Part shown: piece by piece, positions 41,619-51,154 of the stretch
Numbering within the stretch: the first letter of the stretch is position 1
How the letters are laid out: every line of letters starts with the position of its first letter
Assembly (NCBI GenBank): GCA_977020255.1
Contig: CDROCS010001089.1
Location: forward strand, 558,001 to 622,000
DNA: 64,000 nt
Direction: 5' to 3'
Source: Obrimoposthia wandeli
Taxonomy: Eukaryota
The notes under the pieces: generated by a model
The model's input: only the letters and a program-made list of their open reading frames with translations
What the model was told of the DNA's origin: nothing
The model's database searches: none
Translations under genes and position numbers: made by a program

Positions 41619-43313
41619 TTACATTTCTAATGCTTTATATTTTTCACGTAATCTATTGCGAATAGCAACGGCGGATAAGTTCAGTAATGCGATCACTAAA
41701 ATGAGCAAGAAGGCGGTCGCGTATACTAGCGGTCTAGCGGCTTCTACGTTAGGGCTTTGAAAGCCTACATCGTAAATGTGAAAGCCTAAGTGCATAATCT
41801 TTTGATCTAAATGCAAGTATGGATAATTCATATTCAACGGCAATGTAGGTGCAAGCTTTACTACACCTACCAGCATTAACGGTGCTACTTCACCTGCGGC
41901 GCGGGCAATGGCTAAAATAACGCCGGTCATCATCGCGGGGCTGGTCATCGGTAAAATAATTTTGAACAGTGTTTCAGCTTTAGTGGCACCAAGAGCCAGC
42001 GAGCCTTCTTTTAAAGCGCTAGGGATACGACTTAAGCCCTCTTCAGTGGCAACAATAACTACTGGTACGGTAAGTAGCGCTAATGTGATTGATGCCCACA
42101 ACAAACCGCCAGTACCAAACGTCGGTGATGGTAGCGCCTCAGGATAAAATAGCTGATCGATTGAGCCACCGAGCAGGTAAACGAAAAATCCTAAACCGAA
42201 CACACCGTAAACAATAGAGGGCACACCTGCCAAGTTATTGACTGCAATTCTAATTAAGCGTGTAAGAAAACCTTGTTTGGCGTATTCACTTAAATATACA
42301 GCTGCTACGACGCCAAAAGGTGTCACCATGATAGACATTAAAATAACCATCATTACTGTACCGAATATGGCAGGAAAGATGCCGCCTTCGGTATTCGCTT
42401 CACGTGGATCTTCTGACACAAACTCCCAAACCTTTTCAACGTAATGCAGCGCTTTGTTGAATTGGTGCATGTCATTAGCACGAAATATACGCACTAAGTT
42501 AGCAACAGGTACATCAATCACTGCACCGGTTGAAACTTCTACGCTAATGCTATCTCGATTAATCTTGCTATATAAGCTAACAAGCTTATCTTCTAAAATT
42601 TTATACTGCGCCGCTAGTTCTTCACTTTGTCGTGCCATTTGTGCACTAACTTTACTATCTTCAATGTCGTCAAGTTGCATCGAACGCTCTTTTAAGCGCA
42701 ATCTTTCAAATTGGTGGTTGATGCTGCCAATTTGATCTTTTTCAATATCGAGTATTTTGTCTCTAATACGTTGCGCGCGCAGCAAACTCTTATCGAGCTG
42801 TTGCCACAAGCCCATGTATTGCTCGCTCTTATCGTAACCGGTGTATTCATTAACAACCGTGTCGCCTTGCTTTAAACTGCGCAAAAATCCATATAAATTA
42901 CCCCATTCATAACGCTCTGCAGTGAATAGCATTGCAGGGGTTTTAATATCACTTAGGTCTCGAGCCAGTGCCCAGCTAAAATCAATCCCGCCAATATCAC
43001 GGTTACCTGTTTTGAGCAGTTTACGCTCTAAACTATCAATGCCTGATGCCACTGTTATACCGGCATCACGTAACTGGGTGGCACTGACTTGCTCTATTTG
43101 TACCACTTCGCCAATAACAATGCTGCGGTTTCCCTTTTCAACATAGGTGGCTTGGATAACATCAGCAGGCCAAAAATGTGCGAGACCGCGAATGGCAATT
43201 AAGCCTATTAAACATGCAACCATAATGACGCTGATCGCGACGGCACCTGCATTTAACCAAACCCAAGGAGAGCCAGATTTTGTCCATTTTGAGATGGAAA
43301 TATTCATTTTCAT
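41619..43313 (-). CDS. pstA: Phosphate ABC permease PstA (long form)
   Basis: PREANTEGGIFPAIFGT, NLAGVPSIVYG, ARAAGEVAPL. Confidence 0.97.
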   Translation of the reverse strand: MKMNISISKWTKSGSPWVWLNAGAVAISVIMVACLIGLIAIRGLAHFWPADVIQATYVEKGNRSIVIGEVVQIEQVSATQLRDAGITVASGIDSLERKLLKTGNRDIGGIDFSWALARDLSDIKTPAMLFTAERYEWGNLYGFLRSLKQGDTVVNEYTGYDKSEQYMGLWQQLDKSLLRAQRIRDKILDIEKDQIGSINHQFERLRLKERSMQLDDIEDSKVSAQMARQSEELAAQYKILEDKLVSLYSKINRDSISVEVSTGAVIDVPVANLVRIFRANDMHQFNKALHYVEKVWEFVSEDPREANTEGGIFPAIFGTVMMVILMSIMVTPFGVVAAVYLSEYAKQGFLTRLIRIAVNNLAGVPSIVYGVFGLGFFVYLLGGSIDQLFYPEALPSPTFGTGGLLWASITLALLTVPVVIVATEEGLSRIPSALKEGSLALGATKAETLFKIILPMTSPAMMTGVILAIARAAGEVAPLMLVGVVKLAPTLPLNMNYPYLHLDQKIMHLGFHIYDVGFQSPNVEAARPLVYATAFLLILVIALLNLSAVAIRNRLREKYKALEM

Positions 43314-43327
43314 TTTCCTTGTAATAC

Positions 43328-45616
43328 TTACAGCGAACCGTATTTATTGCGTAACCTATGGCGAATCACTTCAGCAAAAGTATTTACCACAAAGGTAAAT
43401 AGAAAAAGCGAAAAGGCCGCTAAAAACAATACTCTATAGTGAGTGCTTGCTACTTCTGCTTCTGGCATTTCTACGGCAATGTTGGCCGCGAGTGTGCGCA
43501 TTCCTTCGAAGATATTTACATCCATTATTGGTGTGTTACCGGTGGCCATTAGCACTATCATGGTTTCACCAACCGCACGGCCCATACCCACCATTAATGC
43601 TGAGAAAATACCGGGGCTAGCGGTGGGTAATACAACCCGCACCAATGTTTGCCAAGGGGTTGCGCCTAAAGCCAACGAGCCATAACTTAAGTGTTTAGGC
43701 ACTGAGAAAATGGCATCTTCAGTGATAGTGAAAATAGTGGGAATAACTGCAAAACCCATAGCAATGCCAACAACTAAGGCGTTGCGCTGATCAAAGGGAA
43801 TACCAATATCATCAGTAATCCACTGACGCAAATCACCCCCAAATAACAGCATTTCTACAAAAGGCGCAAACTGGATACTGGTAAGTGTGGCGAGTATGAC
43901 AACGGGAATCAGTAATGCTGCATCCCAGCCCTCTGGCACTGCGTTACGTACTCTTTTGGGTAAATTAGCCCAGCTAAAACCAAAGGCTAAAATAGCGATA
44001 GGAATACCTAGCAGTGTGAGAAAGATGCCAGCTAAGTTGTTTTCAATGAAAGGGGCAAGCCATAAGCCTGCTAAAAAGCCTAAGATAACCGTTGGCAGTG
44101 CTTCCATTAATTCAATCATCGGCTTTACTTTACGACGCATCGCCGGTGCCATGAAATAAGCGGTGTATATCGCACCGCAAATAGCCAGTGGTGTGGCGAG
44201 TAGCATGGCATAAAATGCCGCTTTTAAGGTGCCAAATGCGAGTGGCATTAAACTGTATTTTGGTTCGAAATCGTTGTTCGATGCAGAAGATTGCCAAATG
44301 AATTCAGGCTTTTGATAGCCTTCGTACCAAACTTTTTCCCACAGCGCAGCCCATGAAATATCAGGGTGCTCATTATCGACATTCCACAGCACAATTTTAT
44401 TGTTGTGTTCGACTAATAAAGCGTTAGAACGCGGCGCATAAGCAATCGCTGAAACATTGCTAGTAGCAATGGAAGATTTTAAAGCGATGCGGTTCGCCGT
44501 TGCGTTAAAGAGATACAAATTACCTTGACCATCAACCGTTGCAAAGCCTTTTCGACGATGCTCCATCGCGGTGACAGATACGGCATTCGCCGCTTTTTCA
44601 AAGGTGCGAATCTTTTCTAACTGCCATTGATTATCGTCACTTCTCACTAAAAACCACTGCGATAAGTCGCCGTCAGCATCGCCAATAATAAGTGAGTTAT
44701 TACCGAGTAATAGAGAGAAACTGGTAATGTTAGTGTCGCTTACTTCTACTATCTGTGCAGCTAGGGTGCTTGTTCTATCGTGCAAGTCGAAAAGTGCTAC
44801 TTGGCCTTTTTCACCAGAACTAAGCAGCCACCTATTGCCTGGAAACAATAAAATATTGTCTGTTTTAAAGGTATAAGCAGGTAATTTAAATGATTCACTG
44901 CTAATTTCTAGCTCATCACTAAGTAAGTTGATCTCAGCTAAGATATTGGTTTGGGTGAGCGCTGCGTTTTTACCAGCTACGATGCTCCAATTTTCCTCAT
45001 CGTTAGCAATTGCTAATAAATCAATGCGAGTATCAGCCACTTTAATAGGAGCTTCGCCTAGCGGGTAACTTAATGAAGGGGTGATAAGCCTAACGCCGTC
45101 TGGGTAAGTACTGGTGTATTCGTGTTTGATAATGCTGATTTCGCCATTATCAAAACCCACAGCAAAAATTCTAGAAGGTTCTGACACTATCGCCAGACTG
45201 GTGGCTTTTGCACCTTTAGGAGCAATGATCTGTTGCTGGGATAGTACTGTGCCATCGTGAGTCTTAAAAAAAACTAATTGCTGAGCATCAGTAATACGCA
45301 GGCCTATTTTGGCTTGCTCTTCAATGGCTAAATATAAGGTCTTTCCAGCGCCGGGGCTTTGGTATTCAACTATTTCGCCATTGGATTGTACTGCTTGTTC
45401 GATACTAGCGGTTTTGAAAAGAGGTAATATTTCCCATAACAGATAGAAAAAAATCAATAAGATAGCCACGATAATGCTTAAGCCGCCTGCGGCGATGCTC
45501 TTACTGGCCAATTGGTTTTTAAACGCACGGAATTTTCGATTTCTCACCATGGCTGGCGTATTGAAATCAATATCAGGTGTCGATGAAGGTGAAGCTGAGG
45601 TTGAAGTGCTACTCAT
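43328..45616 (-). CDS. pstC: Phosphate ABC permease PstC (long form with large beta-rich domain)
   Basis: LAFGTLKAA, ELMEALPTV, GMGRAVGETMIVLMATGN. Confidence 0.95.
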   Translation of the reverse strand: MSSTSTSASPSSTPDIDFNTPAMVRNRKFRAFKNQLASKSIAAGGLSIIVAILLIFFYLLWEILPLFKTASIEQAVQSNGEIVEYQSPGAGKTLYLAIEEQAKIGLRITDAQQLVFFKTHDGTVLSQQQIIAPKGAKATSLAIVSEPSRIFAVGFDNGEISIIKHEYTSTYPDGVRLITPSLSYPLGEAPIKVADTRIDLLAIANDEENWSIVAGKNAALTQTNILAEINLLSDELEISSESFKLPAYTFKTDNILLFPGNRWLLSSGEKGQVALFDLHDRTSTLAAQIVEVSDTNITSFSLLLGNNSLIIGDADGDLSQWFLVRSDDNQWQLEKIRTFEKAANAVSVTAMEHRRKGFATVDGQGNLYLFNATANRIALKSSIATSNVSAIAYAPRSNALLVEHNNKIVLWNVDNEHPDISWAALWEKVWYEGYQKPEFIWQSSASNNDFEPKYSLMPLAFGTLKAAFYAMLLATPLAICGAIYTAYFMAPAMRRKVKPMIELMEALPTVILGFLAGLWLAPFIENNLAGIFLTLLGIPIAILAFGFSWANLPKRVRNAVPEGWDAALLIPVVILATLTSIQFAPFVEMLLFGGDLRQWITDDIGIPFDQRNALVVGIAMGFAVIPTIFTITEDAIFSVPKHLSYGSLALGATPWQTLVRVVLPTASPGIFSALMVGMGRAVGETMIVLMATGNTPIMDVNIFEGMRTLAANIAVEMPEAEVASTHYRVLFLAAFSLFLFTFVVNTFAEVIRHRLRNKYGSL

Positions 45617-45665
45617 ACTAGATATTCCAGTTAAAAATACTATGATGAGAATATAGGCTTTAAAT

Positions 45666-45682
45666 GTGACAGAAATGTTACA
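45666..45682 (-). promoter_or_regulatory. PHO box upstream of pstC
   Basis: GTGACAGAAATGTTACA, identical to the phoB box. Confidence 0.85.
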
Positions 45683-45854
45683 GGCGTGCTTTTAGTTGAA
45701 TTAATAGTCAATATCAGGAGGTTTGCAGCTGTTATCAGTTAAGAGATAGAAGCCACCACCATGTTGTGTGTTTTTATGTAGACAAAAGAAGGCGCATTTT
45801 AAAGTACCAGTGCACAATGCTAAATGAATTATATGGCTATTGAACAGTGAATAG

Positions 45855-45879
45855 AAAAAAGAGGAGCTCTAGGCTCCTC
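45855..45879 (-). terminator. Terminator after pstS
   Basis: GAGGAGC-TCTAG-GCTCCTC with a U-tract on the minus strand (A6 at 45855-45860). Confidence 0.8.
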
Positions 45880-45912
45880 AAACGTCAGGTGGATCAATTG
45901 AAGTGCTTTAGT

Positions 45913-46884
45913 TTAAAGGCCGAGTGCTTTCATTTGCTTGGTAACAACCTTTGAAGGTAGTGGGATGTAACCATCTTTAACAACCACTTCTTGACCGGAT
46001 TTAGACATAACCATTTTCAAGAACTCACGCTCCATTGGTGGCAGTGCTTGGCCAGGCTTTTTGTTCACATAAACATATAAGAAGCGCGCAAGAGGATAAA
46101 CACCTTTTACAGCATTATCGGGCGTTGCAGCAACATATTCGCCACCATCTTTCTTAGTTAAAGGCAAAGCACGCACAGATGAGGTTTTATAACCAATCCC
46201 TGAATAGCCAATACCATTTAAAGAAGTAGAAACTGATTGCACAACAGAGGCAGAACCAGGTTGCTCGTTTACGCTGTTACGGTAATCACCTTTGCAGAGT
46301 GCTTTTTTCTTGAAGTAACCATAAGTGCCTGATACTGAATTACGTCCAAAAATTTGAATGTTCTTGCTACCAATATCCCCACCTAAACCAACATCATTCC
46401 ACTTGGTGATATCTTTATCGCCACCACATTTACGTGTTGAAGAGAAAATGGCATCTAGCTGTTTGATGCTCATGCCTTTGATTGGGTTATCTTTATGTAC
46501 GAAAACAGCCAATGCATCGATAGCAACAGCAACTGGAGTGGGCTTATAGCCGTATCTTTTTTCAAAAGCGGCTACTTCTTTATCTTTCATTTTACGGCTC
46601 ATAGGCCCCATGTTAGATGTGCCTTCAGTTAATGCTGGTGGCGCAGTAGAAGAACCCGCTGCTTGAATTTGAATATTAATGTTTGGGTAATGACGCTTAA
46701 AAGACTCAGTCCAAAGTGTCATCAAGTTAGCTAGCGTGTCCGAACCTACGCTTGATAGGTTGCCAGATACGCCAGATGCTTTACTATAAATGGGTAAATC
46801 TTTATCTAATAAATCGGCAGCGTTTAGGGTTAACGTGGTCGTGCAAAGAGTGGCAACAGCCATCATTTTCATCATTGGTTTCAT
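45913..46884 (-). CDS. pstS: Phosphate-binding protein PstS
   Basis: [32 protein letters not shown]; signal peptide. Confidence 0.96.
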   Translation of the reverse strand: MKPMMKMMAVATLCTTTLTLNAADLLDKDLPIYSKASGVSGNLSSVGSDTLANLMTLWTESFKRHYPNINIQIQAAGSSTAPPALTEGTSNMGPMSRKMKDKEVAAFEKRYGYKPTPVAVAIDALAVFVHKDNPIKGMSIKQLDAIFSSTRKCGGDKDITKWNDVGLGGDIGSKNIQIFGRNSVSGTYGYFKKKALCKGDYRNSVNEQPGSASVVQSVSTSLNGIGYSGIGYKTSSVRALPLTKKDGGEYVAATPDNAVKGVYPLARFLYVYVNKKPGQALPPMEREFLKMVMSKSGQEVVVKDGYIPLPSKVVTKQMKALGL

Positions 46885-46939
46885 TTTTAAGCTCCTGAAA
46901 GCTAGTTGAGAGAAGATGAAGCTACTTTAAAAGTTAATT

Positions 46940-46957
46940 GTGACAGAGATATGACAG
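46940..46957 (-). promoter_or_regulatory. PHO box upstream of pstS
   Basis: Minus strand CTGTCAT-ATCT-CTGTCAC, near-consensus. Confidence 0.92.
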
Positions 46958-47175
46958 CAGCTAAATGATTTTAAAATAGCTGTATTCTTGGTGGCCAATG
47001 GTAAGCTTCAAAAATCATTGAAAGCAACGGTAAAAATAGTCTAATCAGGTATATCCCACAATAAAAAGCTATGGTTAAATGCGTATATAAAATCAGTAGA
47101 TAATGGCAGCAGCGTAAAGAGTAGAAGCGCTTTTTTTTCATTCATGCAGCAACACTAACTAAAACAATCAAATTA

Positions 47176-47586
47176 TTGGTAAATACAATGAATAATTCTG
47201 AAAAAACTATCTCGGCCAAAGGCGAATTAAGTTTAATGATACCCGCTGATAGCCAAGCTAAGAATATGTTTGGTGATATTTTTAGTGGTTGGGTGGCTTC
47301 TAAAGCGGTGCTTGCAGCAGAAGTGCGTTCTGGGAAAATATCAAAAGGGCGTGTCGCGACTATCTCTGTGGGAGCGATGGAGTTTATGTCTCCAGTTTTA
47401 GAAGGCACTATTTTGAGTTATTACACGACGCTAGTTGAGCAAGGTAATAGTTCTATGACTATCAAAGTAGAAGTTTGGGGAAATTGCCCAGATGGTTCTG
47501 ATTCGCGGAAAATATCAGAGACTAGCTGTGTTCAAGTCGCTATTGATGGCCATGGGCACATCAGAAGTTTGAGCTTCGGTCAGTAA
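47176..47586 (+). CDS. Acyl-CoA thioesterase (YciA-like hotdog fold)
   Basis: MFGDIFSGWV, GRVATISV..MEFMSPV, GNSSMTIKVEVW. Confidence 0.88.
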   Translation: MVNTMNNSEKTISAKGELSLMIPADSQAKNMFGDIFSGWVASKAVLAAEVRSGKISKGRVATISVGAMEFMSPVLEGTILSYYTTLVEQGNSSMTIKVEVWGNCPDGSDSRKISETSCVQVAIDGHGHIRSLSFGQ

Positions 47587-47602
47587 TTAAATTGGTATAG
47601 TG

Positions 47603-47625
47603 TTTACGCACATGATGTGCGTAAA
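47603..47625 (+). terminator. Hairpin after thioesterase gene
   Basis: TTTACGCACA-TGA-TGTGCGTAAA. Confidence 0.7.
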
Positions 47626-48069
47626 GTAGAGAGGCGTTTATCAACCTCAGATGTAGAGCGAATTCTATTGGTAGTTTGAGTGTAAGCTTCTTTTATAACA
47701 TTATATTTGTACACAGACCTGCGCATAACTTACCAAAAGAACATGATAACTGTACTCAGTAATGCAGTGCAAAATGCTTTTTACCCCCCCACCCCATTAC
47801 TCCTCGTAATATCCCTAAACAAGGAGCATTGACTTCGCTGTTTCGCCTGTTTTGATTAAAACCCTGGGCCAGCTAAAGCTGCTGTTTAGATTCTGCTCCG
47901 GTTGTTTGTTTTATTATCGCTCTATGCTCTATGCAGAGATCTCTACACGCAAGCAGTGATAATAGTTTATTTAATATGAGAGCAATGCGAAATAGGTTTT
48001 AATTGGTATTAATAGCGAAGGTTATTACAGGTTAAAAATGACTGGGAGACTCATCGGAGTATTATCTAA

Positions 48070-48241
48070 AGTAAGGGGTAGAAGATAGTGGTAAGAATCA
48101 TCCTGAAAATACCACTACCTTTACTCCCTATAGCATCGCATCCTGCGCTACTTCACTGAATCATCCTTGTCAGCGTTGTGTCCCTTTCCTAGGGTAATCT
48201 TTTTATCATATCATCCTGATATAAAAAGAAAGTAGACTGCA
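48070..48241 (-). ncRNA. Candidate CsrB/RsmY/RsmZ-type CsrA-sequestering small RNA (ends approximate)
   Basis: Seven GGA triplets on the minus strand between 48101 and 48216, five in hairpin loops: ATATC-AGGAT-GATAT, CCCT-AGGAA-AGGG, CTGA-CAAGGATGAT-TCAG, GC-AGGAT-GC within TAGC/GCTA, TAGTGGTA-(..CAGGATG..)-TACCACTA. Extended -10 TG-T-TATGAT at 48249-48257. Confidence 0.75.
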
Positions 48242-48362
48242 TGGAGCTATCATAACAGTGGAGTTGTCCAATTTGTTAGACACTATAATAATTAGGAGTT
48301 TTTCCTAGATAGAAAATTAAAATTTAAGAATGGCTAAAATTAATTTGGGCTAGATATATATT

Positions 48363-49028
48363 TTATATGGCGACAACTTTAATTAAGCAGCTTAGCGGTT
48401 GCCTCTCAGGGAAAATGACTTGATTGTTAATGTCCACGCATTTCCATTCAGAAATTACCCGACAAAGCGTACTTGGCGCCCTAAATTTCACTGAAAGGCT
48501 AGTGCGCTCGCCAGGCTCTGTGTAGGGAATTTTAATCTTGGAAAACTCAGGAATAAGACAATTGCTAACACCAAGTTTTTCTCTAGCAGCACTTCCTGAT
48601 AAAAAGGCTTCTTCGCATAATGTGTCATCATCAATATCTAGACACTTTAAAAAATAATCTTTCCATGCTGTCTTTCCGGTGTTGATAACAGACCAAGTTT
48701 TAACAAAAAACTGATCTGGGAAAACAGATGAATTATCGGGGTAAGTTATATCAGTGATAAATTCGGTGTCCAGAACCTTGGTTGTGGCTGACAGTTTACG
48801 ATCTGTAATATTCTCGCTGAAATATGGGGTTAGTAACTCAATAGGGTGGGCATCAAGTGCAGCGGCTATTTTAATTAACGTTGAGAGGCGAGCTTCGCTA
48901 ACATTACCTTGCAACACGTTATACAAAGTTGCTCTGGAGATGCCGCTGTTTAGCGCGAGTTGTTTTTTAGTGATGTTTTTAGTAACAATCAAATCATTTA
49001 AAACAGCTTTAAAACGAGAATTATTCAT
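48363..49028 (-). CDS. XRE-family HTH fused to NBR1-type FW (Ig-like) domain
   Basis: N-term ITKKQLALNSGISRATLYNV..ARLSTLIKIA; C-term FITDITYPDN..FVKTWSVINTGKTAW..PGERTSLSVKFRAP..ISEW. Confidence 0.8.
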   Translation of the reverse strand: MNNSRFKAVLNDLIVTKNITKKQLALNSGISRATLYNVLQGNVSEARLSTLIKIAAALDAHPIELLTPYFSENITDRKLSATTKVLDTEFITDITYPDNSSVFPDQFFVKTWSVINTGKTAWKDYFLKCLDIDDDTLCEEAFLSGSAAREKLGVSNCLIPEFSKIKIPYTEPGERTSLSVKFRAPSTLCRVISEWKCVDINNQVIFPERQPLSCLIKVVAI

Positions 49029-49186
49029 AATGCTCAGTCATCTCTAGCGAAGGATCTTAAAGTGATGTTTAGCATAGTCTTAAGTGAGGTCGCTTTTCAA
49101 TGAAAAGCTGATTGCCTCTCGCAATTATCTGATTTTTTGAGTAACTTATACTTTTTCAGCATAGTGTGAATGAGCGAAACAAATCA

Positions 49187-50356
49187 ATGATTAATACAAT
49201 ATCGATTAGTAACTATCGCTCACTGCGCAATTTGGTGATACCGCTAGACTGTTTAAACGTAGTGACAGGAGCCAATGCTAGTGGTAAATCTAACTTGTAT
49301 AAAGCGTTGCGTTTATTAGCAGAAACCGCACAAGGTGGTGTGGTGAATGCGCTTGCTAAAGAAGGCGGGCTAGAATCTACCTTCTGGGCTGGACCTGAAA
49401 ACATCTCCAAGAGAATGATCAGCGGTGAAGTACCTGTACAAGGAGGCCCTAAAGCTAATAGAACACGCTTAAGGCTCGGGTTTTCAGGAGATGATTTTGG
49501 CTATGCTATTTCTTTAGGTTTACCTGTGCCTTCTAATTCAGCGTTTGCATTGGATCCTGAAATTAAGAGGGAAACGATTTGGGCAGGTAATAGTTATCGC
49601 CATGCCAGCGCCTTAATTGATCGAGATGCGGCAGTGATTAAAACGAGAGCAGGTAGAAGCTGGGAAGTGTTGATGCAACAAGCCAATACTTTCGATAGCT
49701 TGTATAGCCAAATAGCCGATCCAGTCAGAACACCAGAAGTGGTTAGTTTAAGGGATAATATACGAGCTTGGCGGTTTTATGATCACTTTAGAACAGATGC
49801 CGATGCACCGGCAAGGCAGCCGCAATTAGGTACGCGCACACCAGTATTACATCACGATGGCCACGATTTAGCTGCAGCGCTGCAAACCATTAAAGAAATA
49901 GGTGATGTACAAGCGTTAACCAGCGCAGTAAGTGACGCATTTCCCGGCGCAAAATTGAGCATCGATATTCAACACGATGGGCGATTTGCCATTCAATTTA
50001 GTCAGTATGGTTTGCTTAGGCCTTTATCAGGGTTAGAGCTGTCCGATGGCACTCTTAGATATTTACTGTGGGTAGCCGTGCTTTTAACCCCAAGGCCGCC
50101 GCCTTTAATGGTATTGAATGAGCCGGAAACGAGTTTGCATCCTGACTTATTGCCTGCACTGGCAAGGTTAATCATTAAAGCCGCTGAGTCGACTCAAGTG
50201 TGGGTCGTCTCTCATGCGCCTCGTTTAATCGCAGCTTTAGAGCAGGCAAAGAACTGCAATTCAATCCGTTTAGATAAGGAGCTTGGCCAAACAAAAGTGG
50301 TCGGCCAAGGGATGCTCGATGCACCGATGTGGGCTTGGCCCGATGGTGGTAAGTAA
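49187..50356 (+). CDS. Stand-alone ABC/SMC-like (AAA_21-type) ATPase
   Basis: Walker A GANASGKS, signature LSDGT, Walker B MVLNEPE, H-loop VSH; upstream GTG 49166 possible. Confidence 0.85.
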   Translation: MINTISISNYRSLRNLVIPLDCLNVVTGANASGKSNLYKALRLLAETAQGGVVNALAKEGGLESTFWAGPENISKRMISGEVPVQGGPKANRTRLRLGFSGDDFGYAISLGLPVPSNSAFALDPEIKRETIWAGNSYRHASALIDRDAAVIKTRAGRSWEVLMQQANTFDSLYSQIADPVRTPEVVSLRDNIRAWRFYDHFRTDADAPARQPQLGTRTPVLHHDGHDLAAALQTIKEIGDVQALTSAVSDAFPGAKLSIDIQHDGRFAIQFSQYGLLRPLSGLELSDGTLRYLLWVAVLLTPRPPPLMVLNEPETSLHPDLLPALARLIIKAAESTQVWVVSHAPRLIAALEQAKNCNSIRLDKELGQTKVVGQGMLDAPMWAWPDGGK

Positions 50357-50374
50357 GTAAAAGCGTTGTTTTGT

Positions 50375-50983
50375 TTAGACTATGGGGCGTTTCAACGAGA
50401 AGCGCTGAGCGGTTTTAGTGTATTGATCCCCCCCCATTTTGCCTACCGCTGCAATTAACTGTGGATCTATTTTATTGTCGACTAAACAGTTGTCATCCAC
50501 AAAAACGGCCAACACATCAAGCAGTATCATGCTGCCGCCCATTGGTTGGTTGGAAACCTCTATTATTTCTCGCAGTTTGCACTCGAATCTAAGGGGTGCA
50601 TTAGCAACCCCCACTACATCAACAAATTCACTGGCAATGGTATCGATATTGAGTGCCGTAAATTCGTCTACATCCGCGGGATAATTACCGCAGCTGCTAT
50701 TCATTACCTCCACTGCACTTAAATCCACTAGATTGACCACGCACTCTTTAGTTTCACGCAAGTTTCGCAATGTATCTTTATCTTTCAAATCACGAGGCAG
50801 TACTTGAGTGATACTTAACACTGGCGGCTGACAACTGGCAACAGTAAAAAATGAGTAGGGCGCCAAATTGTTAATACCATCGCCACTTTTACTGCTAATC
50901 CAAGCGATGGGCCTAGGTATAACGCCGCCCACTAATAGCTGATATTTACTGAGTGCATCAGTTTCTTGCAAATTGAAATACAT
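50375..50983 (-). CDS. Flavin reductase-like (DIM6/NtaB) protein
   Basis: IPRPIAWISS, NLAPYSFF, KDTLRNLRETKECVVN. Confidence 0.92.
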   Translation of the reverse strand: MYFNLQETDALSKYQLLVGGVIPRPIAWISSKSGDGINNLAPYSFFTVASCQPPVLSITQVLPRDLKDKDTLRNLRETKECVVNLVDLSAVEVMNSSCGNYPADVDEFTALNIDTIASEFVDVVGVANAPLRFECKLREIIEVSNQPMGGSMILLDVLAVFVDDNCLVDNKIDPQLIAAVGKMGGDQYTKTAQRFSLKRPIV

Positions 50984-51093
50984 GTGGAGTAACTCTTTGA
51001 TTATTAAAAAAGGTTGGTTTAAGCAATAACCATTATTGTACTCGATTTTGCGGTTGGACGTAAAAACAAGGTCTGCTATTTTTGGATTAATTA

Positions 51094-51124
51094 GCAGGTG
51101 AATACTCTATAGGCACTCACCTGC
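51094..51124 (-). terminator. Hairpin downstream of GST gene
   Basis: GCAGGTGA / TCACCTGC 8-bp stem. Confidence 0.55.
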
Positions 51125-51154
51125 CACGAAACTAGAAACCGAGCTTTAGAAAAT

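Noticed and set aside
41619-45616. Unusually long PstA and PstC
   Set aside because: Long forms with large extra domains are the known type in Pseudomonas/Vibrio-like pst operons; not novel.
47784-47810. C-rich tract plus anti-SD-like loop (TCCTC) as a plus-strand sRNA seed, and a 13-codon minus-strand ORF
   Set aside because: No supporting promoter or terminator on the plus strand, and the RBS-ATG spacing of the ORF is only 2 nt; kept only as a possible extra GGA hairpin.
48070-48241. Repeated ATCATCCT units read as a CRISPR or mini-array
   Set aside because: Repeats are only 7-9 bp with irregular spacing and no cas genes; GGA-loop hairpins on the minus strand explain them better.
49187-50356. 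ATPase as part of a known defence system (PARIS, Gabija, Septu, retron-associated)
   Set aside because: No adjacent TOPRIM, helicase, HNH or reverse transcriptase gene; the downstream gene is convergent.
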